The translations under genes were made by a program, and so were the position numbers. The notes under the pieces are model-generated. The model did no database searches. It worked only from the letters and a program-made list of their open reading frames with translations, and was not told where the DNA came from. From Felis catus (lineage: Eukaryota), in NCBI RefSeq assembly GCF_018350175.1, contig NC_058368.1, forward strand, positions 134,790,001 to 134,854,000: DNA of 64,000 bases, written 5' to 3'. Positions within the stretch are counted from its first letter, which is position 1, and every line of letters starts with the position of its first letter. Positions 52,931 to 64,000 of the stretch are shown here, one piece after another.

Positions 52931-54032
52931 CCTAGTATTCAGCGAATGGTCAGTACCCCTTGTGGTGTGTTATGTGGTTTTGTTTTCTCTCCTTCCCTTT
53001 TGGGGCTTTTCAGTCACACTTCACGTGAAATCTTTCTAAGCCAACAGACCAAAAGACCAACTTCTTTTATAAGTCATTAGTCCCGGAACTCCCAGGGACT
53101 CACCTATAAATTATTTTCAGGGGTACAAAAACAGGAGTTCCTTTCTTCCTCATTTACCTCCTGACCAGTATTTTAATTTTTTCTATACACTATAAATTGT
53201 AATCTTTAAATCAGACTCTAGGGGATAACAATCACAATTAATTAGGCTAGCCTGTCAAAGATTAAGTATAATCTTGCATTTCAGTGATCTCTTACCTCTG
53301 AATTTTTAGCTAAGGCCATCCAAAGCAAAACTGTAATGTCTTCTTAGGTTTAATAAGATCTTTGAGTGCTGTTTGTTTCCTATATGAGGCTGTGGTCTAG
53401 AAATAAAACTAAATGGGCAGAGAACTCCAATCCCTTTCCTTTGTTTTTAAGCTGTGGAGCAGAAGGGATAAGTGGGAAAAGATAAAGATATTAAAGACTA
53501 ATTAGTTTAGAGTATCTGAAAAGATTTGCAAAGTTACTGTTTAAATGTGTTGACAAGTCTTTTAATTCCCCCTGACTAGTTATCTCTGAAAATAATGTAG
53601 CTATGGCTGGAGATTTATTTCTGCATCGACTTGCTCTTCCTTTTTTCTTTGTCCATCCTTTTTTTTCCTCCGTCCTCAAAAAAAAGTCCCTATTTCCCCC
53701 AAGTTCAGTACCATTCCAACTTCATTTTTCATTTATGTTCAGAAAACTGAAGTATAACTCAAATAGGGGAGAAAGTGCAACATATTGAAAATAATGTGGT
53801 ATTTTAGATCCGACTCCTGAAAAGATACTGTTCATATGCTACAGTGAAAGAAAGGCAAAATGCAAATATCTACTCTGTCAAAATGTTTCTAGTTTGCCAC
53901 CTTAAAAAAAGTATTGAAAATTCTGTCTCCGTTATAATAGCGTCTGGTCTTAAAATTTGCCATTACAATAGAAAATCTATTAGTAGTGAAAAAGATTACA
54001 TAAAGAATTCTAAATTAATAACACCTAACCAT

Positions 54033-54246
54033 TAGTTTGTGTTTTCTACATACTAGGCACTGTGCCTACCATGTTTATTTATATTATTCATTTAATCCTT
54101 ATTACCTTCTTAATTATGCCCATTTTACACATGAAAAAACTGAGGTTCAAGTTAATTAACATGCCCAAGAATACATTCAGTAAGTAAGTGGCATACCCGC
54201 GATTAAACCCCAAGTCTCTTTGGCTTTAAACGTGTGCTTTTCTTAA
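54033..54246 (-). mobile_element. MIR remnant
   Basis: aggcactgtgc...tcatttaatcct...cattttacacatgaaaaaactgaggttca...tgcccaag...taagtggca. Confidence 0.8.
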
Positions 54247-57200
54247 TTGTATTACTTCTGATTCAACAGGTGCGTTCCAAAGTTGAGGAACCCATGTTGG
54301 TTTTTTGCTTTTAGTTTTTATAAAGTTTCAGATTTTGCCCACCAGAATGTACATTTTTCGTTTGAAAGAATAAGAGAAGTTCCTTCAGACAGAAATAAAG
54401 TTTTGACTCAACAACAGTTAATCGGCACACATCTTGATTTAATATTGATCCACGCCTGGCACATATACTTTCTTTTCTGTGTATTTGTATGACATTTTAA
54501 AAGGTAAGTGGCAGTTTTTCATGTACTTCCAAGCTACTTCCATCAAGTAATGAAATACTTGGCTTGGGCGGTCTCTGGAGTCCCAGAATTTCAGCTTAAA
54601 CTTTCCATTCGTCCCTGCCAGGCACTGACTCTGAAATATCTTTTTTTATGGAGACCGCCTCCAAAAGGTGCAGCTGTGTGCTGGTTTCATCTTGCACTTT
54701 GTAGCTGTGTTGGCACCATTTAATGTGAGGAATGCCACTGTCTCCCACACACCACTGGTGCCCAAGGACTGTTCGGGCCTGTCCGGGTTAGTGGTTTGGG
54801 AAGGGTCTGAGTTTGGAAAGAAGGCTCCCTTCTGTTCCATGTGATTGGCTGTCACCAGGGTTAAGGTAGAAAAATAGAACTAATGGAAAATGCAGCATCT
54901 GAGGTGTCATCAGAAAATTCTTTCTACAACCGGGGACACCTAATTCATTGGTATTTGTATCGGTGTTGAAGAGTTGATTCCTCTTCTGAAACAATATATG
55001 TCTTGCTTCACCACTTCTGGACCCTTCTACTGTTCTTTCTTGTCTCCTTTCTCCTTGAGTAATACTGATTTCTTTTGATGGAAAATGATTCCACTCAGTC
55101 AAAAACTGGTGTTGGACTATCGCAAGGGAATCTGTGAATTCACCCAGATTCTTAAGAGTGGGCTTGGCTCAGACTTAACACACTGGCTACAGCAGGCTTC
55201 AGAGCCAAAAAGCATTCCTAATTCAGTTAAAAAAAAATTTGTCTGAATGATAAAACCTAATAAAAATGTATATATCACCTTCATGAGGATCATGCTGTGT
55301 GATTTTGTGTTTTGTAGATGATCTGTATATTCGGTTTTTTTTTTCTTTTTTAGTCCCACTATGTTTTAGTCTGTTGTTGTATATAACGTGGTGCTTTATC
55401 ATGCACCTTTCAGAAAACAACTTGCCAAATTTGGCAATGCCTCGCAATTATAGTTTCCTGTTAGAATTTCTTAAAATGGAATGTAATGGAAAAGGAAATA
55501 CCGACCTTGTGTACTTAATAAAATTAGAGGAATCATTGATTTTAGGATTGTTGAAATAATTAATAGTTTGCTTTAGAATACTTTTTTAGATTTTTGATGT
55601 TGATTGATCCTCTTACCCGTAGGAGAAAATGTGAACTTGAAAAGCTTCTTGGGTAGGACTTCACATCCCCTATGTTTAAATATTTTTAAGGGGAAACGGA
55701 TTGAATCACAGATATTGTACTAGAGAATAGGAAATCCTTGAATTGTTATTTAAAAAATAGGGTCTCTCCATATAAAATTTATCTTTTAAAACTCCCATTG
55801 CAAAGGCTTAATCAGCAATGGATCAGTGATTCAGACATTTGAGTAATACAGCTTTTAGCAATATTAAAAACCCAGTGGGAAATTCACTAGCTCTATTATA
55901 AGAAGACTGCCCATACTCCTTATATACGCATCTAGTTTTGTTCTTCATATTGGGGTGTGCTCCTTGAGAAAAGTTCCAGAATTGTTATAGGTACCCAATG
56001 GCTATCACCGTGCTTTTCAAAACCTTGAAGTAACAGTTTATGAGGGAAACACATGATATTTTGTAGCTCGGGATACTGATGGCAAACTACCACTTTTTTT
56101 TTTTTTTTTGCCAAAGAAACCTTGAAAGGACTAAAGAAAGAAGGTTTTTCCTTTTTTTCCTTTTTTCTTCTTCAAGCCAAAGTGAACAAATAGATGGAAA
56201 CCCTTTTATATGTCGTATTTGCCAACCCAGGAATCTAACAACTGCCGGGTGCATATTTGAATCGCAATTAGGTGAAATCTTTAATTATCAGTTAATTTAA
56301 CTTTCAAATTTGCCTGCAGAAATGATTGTGTTGATAAGATTCTGGAAGGAGATAAACCTTTATTAAGTAATTCCATTTTCAGGTGCCAACTTTAAAGATT
56401 TTTTTTTAATTAAAAAAAAAAAAAAAGGGCCTAAGTAACTTAAGAGGGCGGGGACAGAGCCAGGGAGTGTTGCATGGCTATGTGGGATTGTGTATTTACT
56501 AGTTAATCTTTAGCTTCTTACATCTTGGCGTGTGCTAATAAGTGAGAACTAGAAGTTTGAGAAGGCCAAGGAGAAACACTACAGTGAATTCTTACTGATA
56601 TTTCTCTACACCATTTCTACCTTTAGGTTTGCCTCTGTTACATGTGCTGTTGGGATGATACATATCACTTGGTTCAGCATAGAAGGCATTTATGGGGGAG
56701 GACATTTTTGTGAGTTGATAATTTTCTGAGGCAAAAGGAAGTAGTTTATAGTTCATCAGAGAGAATGAAATGGTATGCTCTTTTATTTGATAGTGTATCG
56801 TTTTTTGTTTTACAATACTTTTGATGAGAAAGACCACATGAAACTTGCAAGACATTTGTATTCTCGGTGCTTCTCAAATATACTGACATTTTAACATTTA
56901 GAGATTTGGGGGATGTCACTGATGGGTTTTTTTCAGGGGGTTACCCACATGAATTTGCTTATCATAATAGCATGTCCTAAAACTGAGCATTACTCCAAAC
57001 TAGATTAGTAGCTCCATTCCTGGATTTTCTGATTCTGGGGATTTATGGTCGTACCTGGGAATCTTTCTTCTTAGCAGGTTCTCCACGTGATGTATAGGCT
57101 CCGGTAGGTACAGGGAACACAGGAGAGATGAAGTTCCCACTCAGCCCTGTGCCTAGTAACGGTCTAGAAGGTCAGTGGCCTGTCTGTCCTGCCTTTATGA

Positions 57201-57414
57201 AGTCCATAACATGTTTAAGTGATGTTGCAGTAGGACGGAGTCACCTGGGAAGCTGTGACAGACTTTTCGTGCTCTGAGTACAGATGTCGCTTAGCCCTAT
57301 GCCCAGATGTCCTGTCCCCAGGCATGGCTTTATGGTAGGGTCTTAGTTGCACAAAGCCAACTCAGGAATCTTTCATTTGCTCTTGACAAATATGTCCGTG
57401 CTCAGGACATACAG

Positions 57415-57608
57415 GACCCTGCTCTCTAATATGGTGGCCGCTAGCCATATTTAAATCAATTTTAAAAAATTCATTTATTCAGCTGCAGTGGCTACATCTC
57501 AAGTGCTCACTAGCCACATGTGGCTAGTTGGCTGGTCTCTGCTTTTTCGGATAGCACAGCTAATAGAACATTTCCATCATTCCCAGAAAGTTTGACTGGA
57601 CAGGGCTG
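57415..57608 (-). mobile_element. MER3-like hAT-Charlie remnant
   Basis: tcaagtgctcactagccacatgtggctag...tagaacatttccatcattcccagaaagtt...tggacagggctg. Confidence 0.8.
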
Positions 57609-59044
57609 CTGTGGGATTTTCTAACATAATTTAGCTCTTATCCTTTTATCCCAAGTACTTAAATGGCCAGTAGAGGTTAGTGGCAAGACCACATGTGTCT
57701 GACCCAGGGCATAGTGGAGTCTAACAGGCTCTTACACTGCAGGGTTTAGGGTTTGTAAGACGACATAAATCATACGTCCCCCTCTGAGGGCAGCATCGAA
57801 AATAATTTTACTTGATTTATGTGTTGTGAGTTTCTTATTCTGTGATGATTCTTGGTATTAGAAAGATGGGCTTCATTAGAAATTTGCTTAGCATAATAAA
57901 CACCGTATAATAATCATGCCACTAAAATCTCCCTGAAACAAAATTATAAATATTTAATCTTTCTTAAGTTATATAAACGATTTATTCCTAGAAAAGAGGG
58001 TGCAGTGATGAACCTTAAGTGTCTAAAAAGTTACATGTTGGAGGCTAATAAAAAGGTTGCACCTGTAGGTATTTTTATATAGACTGTCATTTACGTGTAT
58101 TTTGCAGTTTGAAAAAAATAAGGTGAATATATTTAGCTCCCTCTTCTGGTATATTATGAGATGAATATTTTTACTTAAAATGGTTTCGTGTATTTTTGGA
58201 GTGAGAATACAGTTATTAATGTAATGTTCAAGGCCATTATTGGTGTGTTATCCAGTTAGTTTCTTCTTGAATCTCCAGGAATGGTAAAATACATAAATAA
58301 AGCATGGAAAAACAGTTTGTGAAAACATCCCATTTCTGAAGATACTAACCGACCAAAATATATGTGAGCAAACCAAGGCTTCGGTAGCAAGTGCACAGGG
58401 GCTTAATTTGGAATTAATGTCATGTGGCCAGTGATCATTTGCAAATGCCCTGTGTCTGAATATTTTAAAGTTCTAAGTCATGTTAATGAACAGTTGAGTA
58501 AAAGCTGGTCCATCCTCCTACCTGGACATTATGAAGTTGTTGCTTCATAATGGCCAGACGGCCAGTTCTCGGGTTTCAGTTCTGCCACGGAGTGTGGTGA
58601 TCTGGGGAGAGCTGACCACTCACCCAACCTAGTCTTACCCTGCACTGCGGGGGCTCTGGCACATCCACATTCCATCCTACCCTGAGTCCTGCCCACCCAG
58701 CCCCCAGCCCCCAACCCAACTGCCTCAGGCCCAGGGGCACACGCCAGCAGGGAGGTCTGCCCCAGGGAGGATGGACCTGGGGAAGAGGCCTTGAGAAGCT
58801 AATTGGGCAGGGAATTCCCTGATTCTAGCTAAGTATTCTGAGTGTGTCCCAGGAGAGAAGTAGGCCTTACCCTTGGGCCCCCAAAACTCCTTAAATTGCA
58901 AGAAGAGGCACGGCTGGAAGAGGCCCAGAGAGGAGCCCTCTGAAGTGCAGGGCCCAGCACAGGGCGCTGTCTTGCTCGGGCCTGAGTTTGCTGGTGTCAG
59001 GTAGAACTAACCTGTTCTGCATTTCGGTTTTCTTCGTTGTCTGA

Positions 59045-59221
<177 letters not shown>

Positions 59222-59636
59222 TAATTTGTTATGTCCTTATTTCATGGGTATTACAATTTATACTTGTCCGTTGGGCATTCGTTAAATAAGCTTCTCGCCA
59301 ACTTGAGCTAGACACATAAGCTCTTTGTTGCTCTGTCCTGGGGAAACAGCCTTGGTCTGATTCCTGACTCCATATTAACATGTAGTTACTGTATGGAAAC
59401 TATTAAATTCTCCACAATTTAATAAATATAATTAACTTGCTCCTTCGTGGCCAGACGACTTCACCAAAAGTATTGACATGCCAGCTACGATTAATAGCAG
59501 GAGTTAACTTCCAAGAATATTTGGTGCATGCATCTAGAATAGATAGGAGCTGGAAACTGGAATGTCGTTCTGGCAGCGGGCCCACAGGTTCTCCAGAGAG
59601 CTGTGTTTTGCATGCTCAGTCTGTTTTGTGTCTTAG

Positions 59637-59711
59637 GTCTGGAATGTTCAACTTTATACAGAACACAGAGCTCCAGCAACCCAGCAGAATTACGACAGCT
59701 TCTTGATTGTG
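59637..59711 (+). CDS. PIK3R1: PIK3R1 exon 4 (75 nt), BH/RhoGAP domain
   Basis: Acceptor ttttgtgtcttag|GT, donor GTG|GTGAGT. Translates to (G)LECSTLYRTQSSSNPAELRQLLDC, which sits inside ORF 59603-59794. Confidence 0.97.
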
Positions 59712-60260
59712 GTGAGTGTCATGGAGCTAGAAAGACAAATGGGAGACACGGTTCTTACCTCTCTGTTTCAGGTAAAGCACACAAAAACACTTGAACTCGA
59801 TCATGCAGCGTTCTGAGTTTGAAGGAAGCTCAGAAATCACACACGCTTCCCTCTGCCCTATTATGGTAACAGCCCAAACCAGCGCTGACCTTTGATGTTT
59901 GTCTCCTGAGTTGGGGTGTGTGTGCCTGCCTGCAGGCATATTGGCTGTCATCACAGCTAAGAGCCTCTGGGCCCTGCAGGAATTGCAGAGGAGAGAAACA
60001 CCCTCTTGGGATTTCTCTGGCTCTGCGTATCCACCATTTTTTCTCTGACCATGCATTTGGCTACATCTGATTCATCTGGATCAACTTAAAAAATATTTAT
60101 AAGCCTGTGTCATTTAACAAATGTCTCTTCTGACCTTTTCCATTTTCCTCTCCACCCCCCCCCCTTTTTTTTCTTTTTGGCCTTCCTTCCTTCCTTCCAA
60201 ATGCTTATTTGCTTTTTCATACCATGTTTATATTAAGTAACATCACGATACTGTTACATT

Positions 60261-60448
60261 CAATGGTGTGCTGGTAAACCCCTCTCAGGGAGGTGGGGGA
60301 ACCCTGGTTTGTACTAGTTGCCCACTTCCATGGTGTCAATATGCCCGCCGCGGTCGGTTTCAGGCTGCCAACATGTTATCACTAAACTCCAACTTGGAAA
60401 GAATCGAGCGTAGTTGGCGATGAGCAGGCCAGCGCCTGCACACCACTG
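60261..60448 (-). mobile_element. MER63A-like hAT-Blackjack element with terminal inverted repeats
   Basis: TIRs caatggtgtgc / gcacaccactg; internal sequence matches the recalled MER63 consensus. Confidence 0.75.
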
Positions 60449-61584
60449 GTTAAAGGACATCAATTAATTCAACCAGTGGTGGCGTTACCCTTTGTTCCCT
60501 CTCTCCTTTGCCAAACCGAATAAAACTATAAATGTGAATAAATTCACTGGCCCTCATTCTGGCAAATCATCTTCTGTATCAACCTGTAGAATCCCTCCGA
60601 TCCTTCATTCCCTCTCAGAATTTTTTTTTAGAAAAATAATTTTCTGCCTCACATCATTTCACCGAATTTGGATTTAGGGACCCGGAAGAATGAAACCCTG
60701 TTGGGGAGGAAGGTCTTTGAGACATACACTTGTGCAGAGCATGTAGTAAATGAAAAACTCTGAAGTTGAGCAGCTTTCAAATGAGGCAGCTCGTGAAAGT
60801 TTCTAGAAAAGATGTTTCTGGGAAAAATGAAGATTCTATCTCTGTCAGTAAATAGTTTCATTTGAAATGCACCACCCAGATGTTTGAAGTTTGAAAATAA
60901 TTTTTTCAAACTTTCATTTTTATTTTGTGCATGGCGACCAGAGTCACGCACATGCAGGGCATGTCCCCTGACAGCTGCAAATCCTGCCTCACCCCCAGAC
61001 TGGGTCAGTACGAGCTGACTGGCAGAAGGCTGTAGGTGAAAGACGTACCTTTATTTCTTACAGCCTGACCAGAGTGGGAAAGAAACAGTGAATTTTGTCC
61101 TTAGCCGGTTGGAGTTGAGATACATGTTTTGGTCAGAAAATTGGTCAAACTGAACAACAGTCACAGGAAATGTTTAGACATCAGAGACCGATGAAATGAG
61201 AGTTATTTGAGAAATAGTGGTTAAGCTTTTCAATGTGACTGAATACAGATGATGCAGGCTAGGCTAAGAAAAAAACCTTCACCTCACCTCTGAGATGGAA
61301 TACCTAACCAAAATTACGTCAACAGTATGTTTTGACAGGCAGCTCTTCTGCCCCACTTGAGAGCAAATCACACAGGTAGAAAACTGGTTTCCTTTGGATT
61401 CTGTGTGATAAAAGTGAATTTTGTGAGAACAGAAAGCGTAAACATTACCTAAATTTAGGAGTAGATCCTCGGACTTTTTATAGCTTGAGGATTTTTCAGT
61501 CCATAAAAATATTGTAATACCTTGGAGGAAGCTCAGGGTAATCACTTACAGTAAGAGAGAGAGAGAAAAGAATTCATGGCTTTT

Positions 61585-61800
61585 TTTTTTTTTTAATGTT
61601 TATTTTATTTTTGACAGAGAGAGAGAGACAGAGCATGAGTGGGGGAGGGCCAGAGAGAGAGGGAGACCCAGAATCCAAAACAGGCTCCAGGCTCCGAGCT
61701 GTCAGCACAGAGCCGGACGCGGGGCTTGAACTCATGAACTGTAAGATCATGACCTGAGCCAAAGTCGGACGCTCCACCGACTGAGCCAGCCAGGCGCCCC
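61585..61800 (-). mobile_element. Feline Can-SINE
   Basis: Reverse head ...ccaggcgcccc. 15-bp TSD gaattcatggctttt (61570-61584 / 61803-61817). Confidence 0.96.
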
Positions 61801-62108
61801 TGGAATTCATGGCTTTTAACCAAACTTGTGAATTACCAGTGTCTGAAAAGGATAGATGTGAAGGACAACATCCCACTTTTATTAGTACTTACCAAGTTAT
61901 TTTATTTCATCTACGTATTACCCTGGTGATATTAGTTATTGCTGATGGCAGAACTCTGACTTACACCCAAATTGTTCCAACTCAAAGATCTCTACTCTTT
62001 TTTTTTCTCACTGTATTGACCCACAGTGAATTGTTTCTTTGTTGTTCTCATTTGAATTTTCTCCTGATTGTTTTGGTTTCTCTTAACCTGAAGCAGGTCT
62101 TTTCTTTT

Positions 62109-62331
62109 TAAAAAATTTTTTTATTAGTTTTCTTTATTTTTGAGAGGCAGAGAGAGAGACAGCGCGAGTGGAGGAGGGGCAGAGAGAGAGAGGGAGACAC
62201 AGAATCCGAAGCAGGCTCCAGGCTCTGAGGTGTCACCACAGAGCCCGATGTGGGGCCCGAACTCATGGACCATGAGATCATGACCTGAGCTGAAGTCGGA
62301 TGCTCAACTGACTGTGCCACCCAGGCGCCCC
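62109..62331 (-). mobile_element. Can-SINE inserted in the tail of an older SINE
   Basis: Full reverse copy flanked by tcttttctttt on both sides. Confidence 0.94.
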
Positions 62332-62556
62332 TCTTTTCTTTTCTTTTTTTAAATGTTTTTATTTGTTTTTGAGAGAGAGAGCGTGCCTTCAAGCTGGGGA
62401 TGGGGGAGAGGCGAGAGAGGGAGACACAGGATCTAAAGCAGGCTCTGTGCTGATAGCAGAATGCCTGATGTGGGGCTGGAACTCAGGAACTAGAAGATCA
62501 TGACCTGAGCTAAAAGTCAGATGCTGAACTGACTGAACCACCTCGGCAGGTGCCTC
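62332..62556 (-). mobile_element. Older Can-SINE
   Basis: More diverged reverse copy. Degenerate outer TSD starting cctgaagca (62087 / 62559). Confidence 0.9.
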
Positions 62557-62595
62557 ATCCTGAAGCACACCTTTTCTTTAAAACTTCTCCTAACA

Positions 62596-62800
62596 GGGAC
62601 GCCTGGGTGGCTCATTCCGTTAAGCATCCGATTTTGGCTCGTGGGTTCAAGCCCCACATCGGGCTCTGTGCTGCCAACTCAGAGCCTGGAGCCTGCTTCG
62701 GAGTTTGTGTCTCCCTCTCTCTCTGCCCCTCCCCTGCTCACACTCTTTCTCTCTCTCTTCCTCAAAAATAAACACTAAAAAAAATTCTTTTAAATAATAA
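62596..62800 (+). mobile_element. Can-SINE with internal deletion
   Basis: gggacgcctgggtggctcattccgttaagc head, (CT)n, aataaa and A-rich tail. Confidence 0.92.
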
Positions 62801-62814
62801 AAATTCTCATGAAA

Positions 62815-62962
62815 AACCCTGTAACTATGGTGATGGATGTTAATTAGACTTCCTGTGAATGATCATTTTGTAACATAAACAAATATCAAATCATTATGTT
62901 GTTGTTAATAACAACATATATAAGGTTATATGTTAATTATACCGCATTTAAAAAAAAAAAAA
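62815..62962 (+). mobile_element. L1 3' end with poly-A
   Basis: gtaactatggtgatggatgttaattagact...gatcatttt...aaatatcaaatcattatgttg...ttatatgttaattata followed by an A-tail. Confidence 0.75.
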
Positions 62963-62969
62963 TCAGGCT

Positions 62970-63120
62970 TTTTTAGCCCCAGCGCACCTGTCCACTACTC
63001 ACTAGATGCCAGTAGCGTTGTCCCCAAGTTGTAACAATCAAAAATGTCTCCAGATATGGCCAGATATCTCTTGGGAATTCAGGTGGGGCAACAATTCAAA
63101 ACCCCAACTGAGAACTACTA
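62970..63120. mobile_element. MER20-like remnant
   Basis: cactagatgccagtagc...agttgtaacaatcaaaaatgtctccagata...tgagaactact. Confidence 0.8.
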
Positions 63121-63599
63121 AGTTAAGGGAGAGATGAGCTGGGAAGGGGACTCCATTCCATTGGGAGGAAGGCTGAAACGCTAGAGAGCTTACTAGTTAC
63201 CTGTCCTGAGCAGACTCAGTGAAAAGGGAGGTTGCAGAGGGATGTCAACTCTCCCATCCCAAACCCAAAGATGGTGTAGTTCTCGCCTAGCTCACCACAA
63301 AAGTCATCACGTGACCGATGCCTGTGGCTCTTAGAAGAGCTTGTTAGGATGGTTATAATGCAGAAAAGGGGATTTGCAGAATCATAGAAGCTCCAAGGAG
63401 CCTTAGAAGCTACAGTAACAGAAAATAAAATCTATGTCAGCAACTCTAGTGGATTTGACATAAGGTGAGCTTATCCAATGACTATTCCCAAGACTTGAAA
63501 TAAGATGATTTTGTTCAAAGGCTATAAAATGCTCTTTGGAATACATCTCATGTGTTCAGGAAGGTCTTAGGAGAATTAACATTACTCTAAGGTTTTTTA

Positions 63600-63720
63600 T
63601 AGCTCAGTCCACAAACATTGAGCAAGCACGTCCTATGTGCTGGGCCCTGAGGGGAGCAGGAAGAGCAGGAAAGAGCCGCAGCCCATGACTTTGAGGTGCT
63701 CTCAGTCTAGCAGGGAGACA
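63600..63720 (-). mobile_element. L2 3' end remnant
   Basis: caaacatt...gcacgtcctatgtgctgggccctg...ctctcagtctagcagggagaca. Confidence 0.6.
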
Positions 63721-64000
63721 TTTAATTACCGTACCATCTGGGAAGTGTCATGGAAGAGACGTGGCCCTCCCTTGAGGGAGGGCCCTGCAGAATCCTGAAC
63801 ATCTTACTATCTAATAGCACATCGCCAAATGGTATTGCATTCTTTATGATGAGCAAATGAAGTAATTTTCATTTTCTGGGCAAAGAGACCTAGTAAATGG
63901 AGTGTACAGGGTGCGAAGGGTATGGGGTCCAGCAGCTTGTGAATTGGACAGAGGCTGTGGAATGTTCCTCGAGTGATGCGCACACAATTTCTAGTAGTTG

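Noticed and set aside
60947..60966. Possible p53 element cacatgcagggcatgtcc
   Set aside because: Only one good half-site, and the two CATG cores are 9 bp apart rather than 10.
59712..64000. PIK3R1 exon 5 or the p55alpha/p50alpha alternative first exons
   Set aside because: No matching coding sequence seen. They are expected downstream of this window.

Overview
This window is mammalian DNA from a cat-family carnivore, judged by its 13 feline-type Can-SINE (SINEC_Fc-like) copies. It holds the 5' half of PIK3R1 (PI3K regulatory subunit p85alpha) on the + strand. The parts are a TATA-less CpG-island promoter (~1.6-3.3 kb), a probable non-coding exon 1 ending at 2586, exon 2 (12609-13329; 5'UTR plus SH3 and proline-rich coding region), a ~45.8 kb intron 2, and exons 3 (59103-59195) and 4 (59637-59711), which encode the start of the BH/RhoGAP domain. 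The gene continues past the window end. The rest is intronic: Can-SINEs, ancient MIR/L2/L1/MER/MLT remnants, microsatellites and a ~490 bp pyrimidine tract. The signals most worth following up are (i) a four-uORF cassette in the exon 2 5'UTR, including a 44-aa uORF and a uORF whose stop overlaps the main start (ATGA); (ii) a possible exon-2 circRNA that would encode an SH3-only mini-protein; (iii) a canonical glucocorticoid response element and a dense NKX/TBX/GATA/MEIS motif cluster in intron 2; and (iv) nested and inverted SINE clusters. Repeat names and cross-species comparisons are from memory and need checking by alignment.
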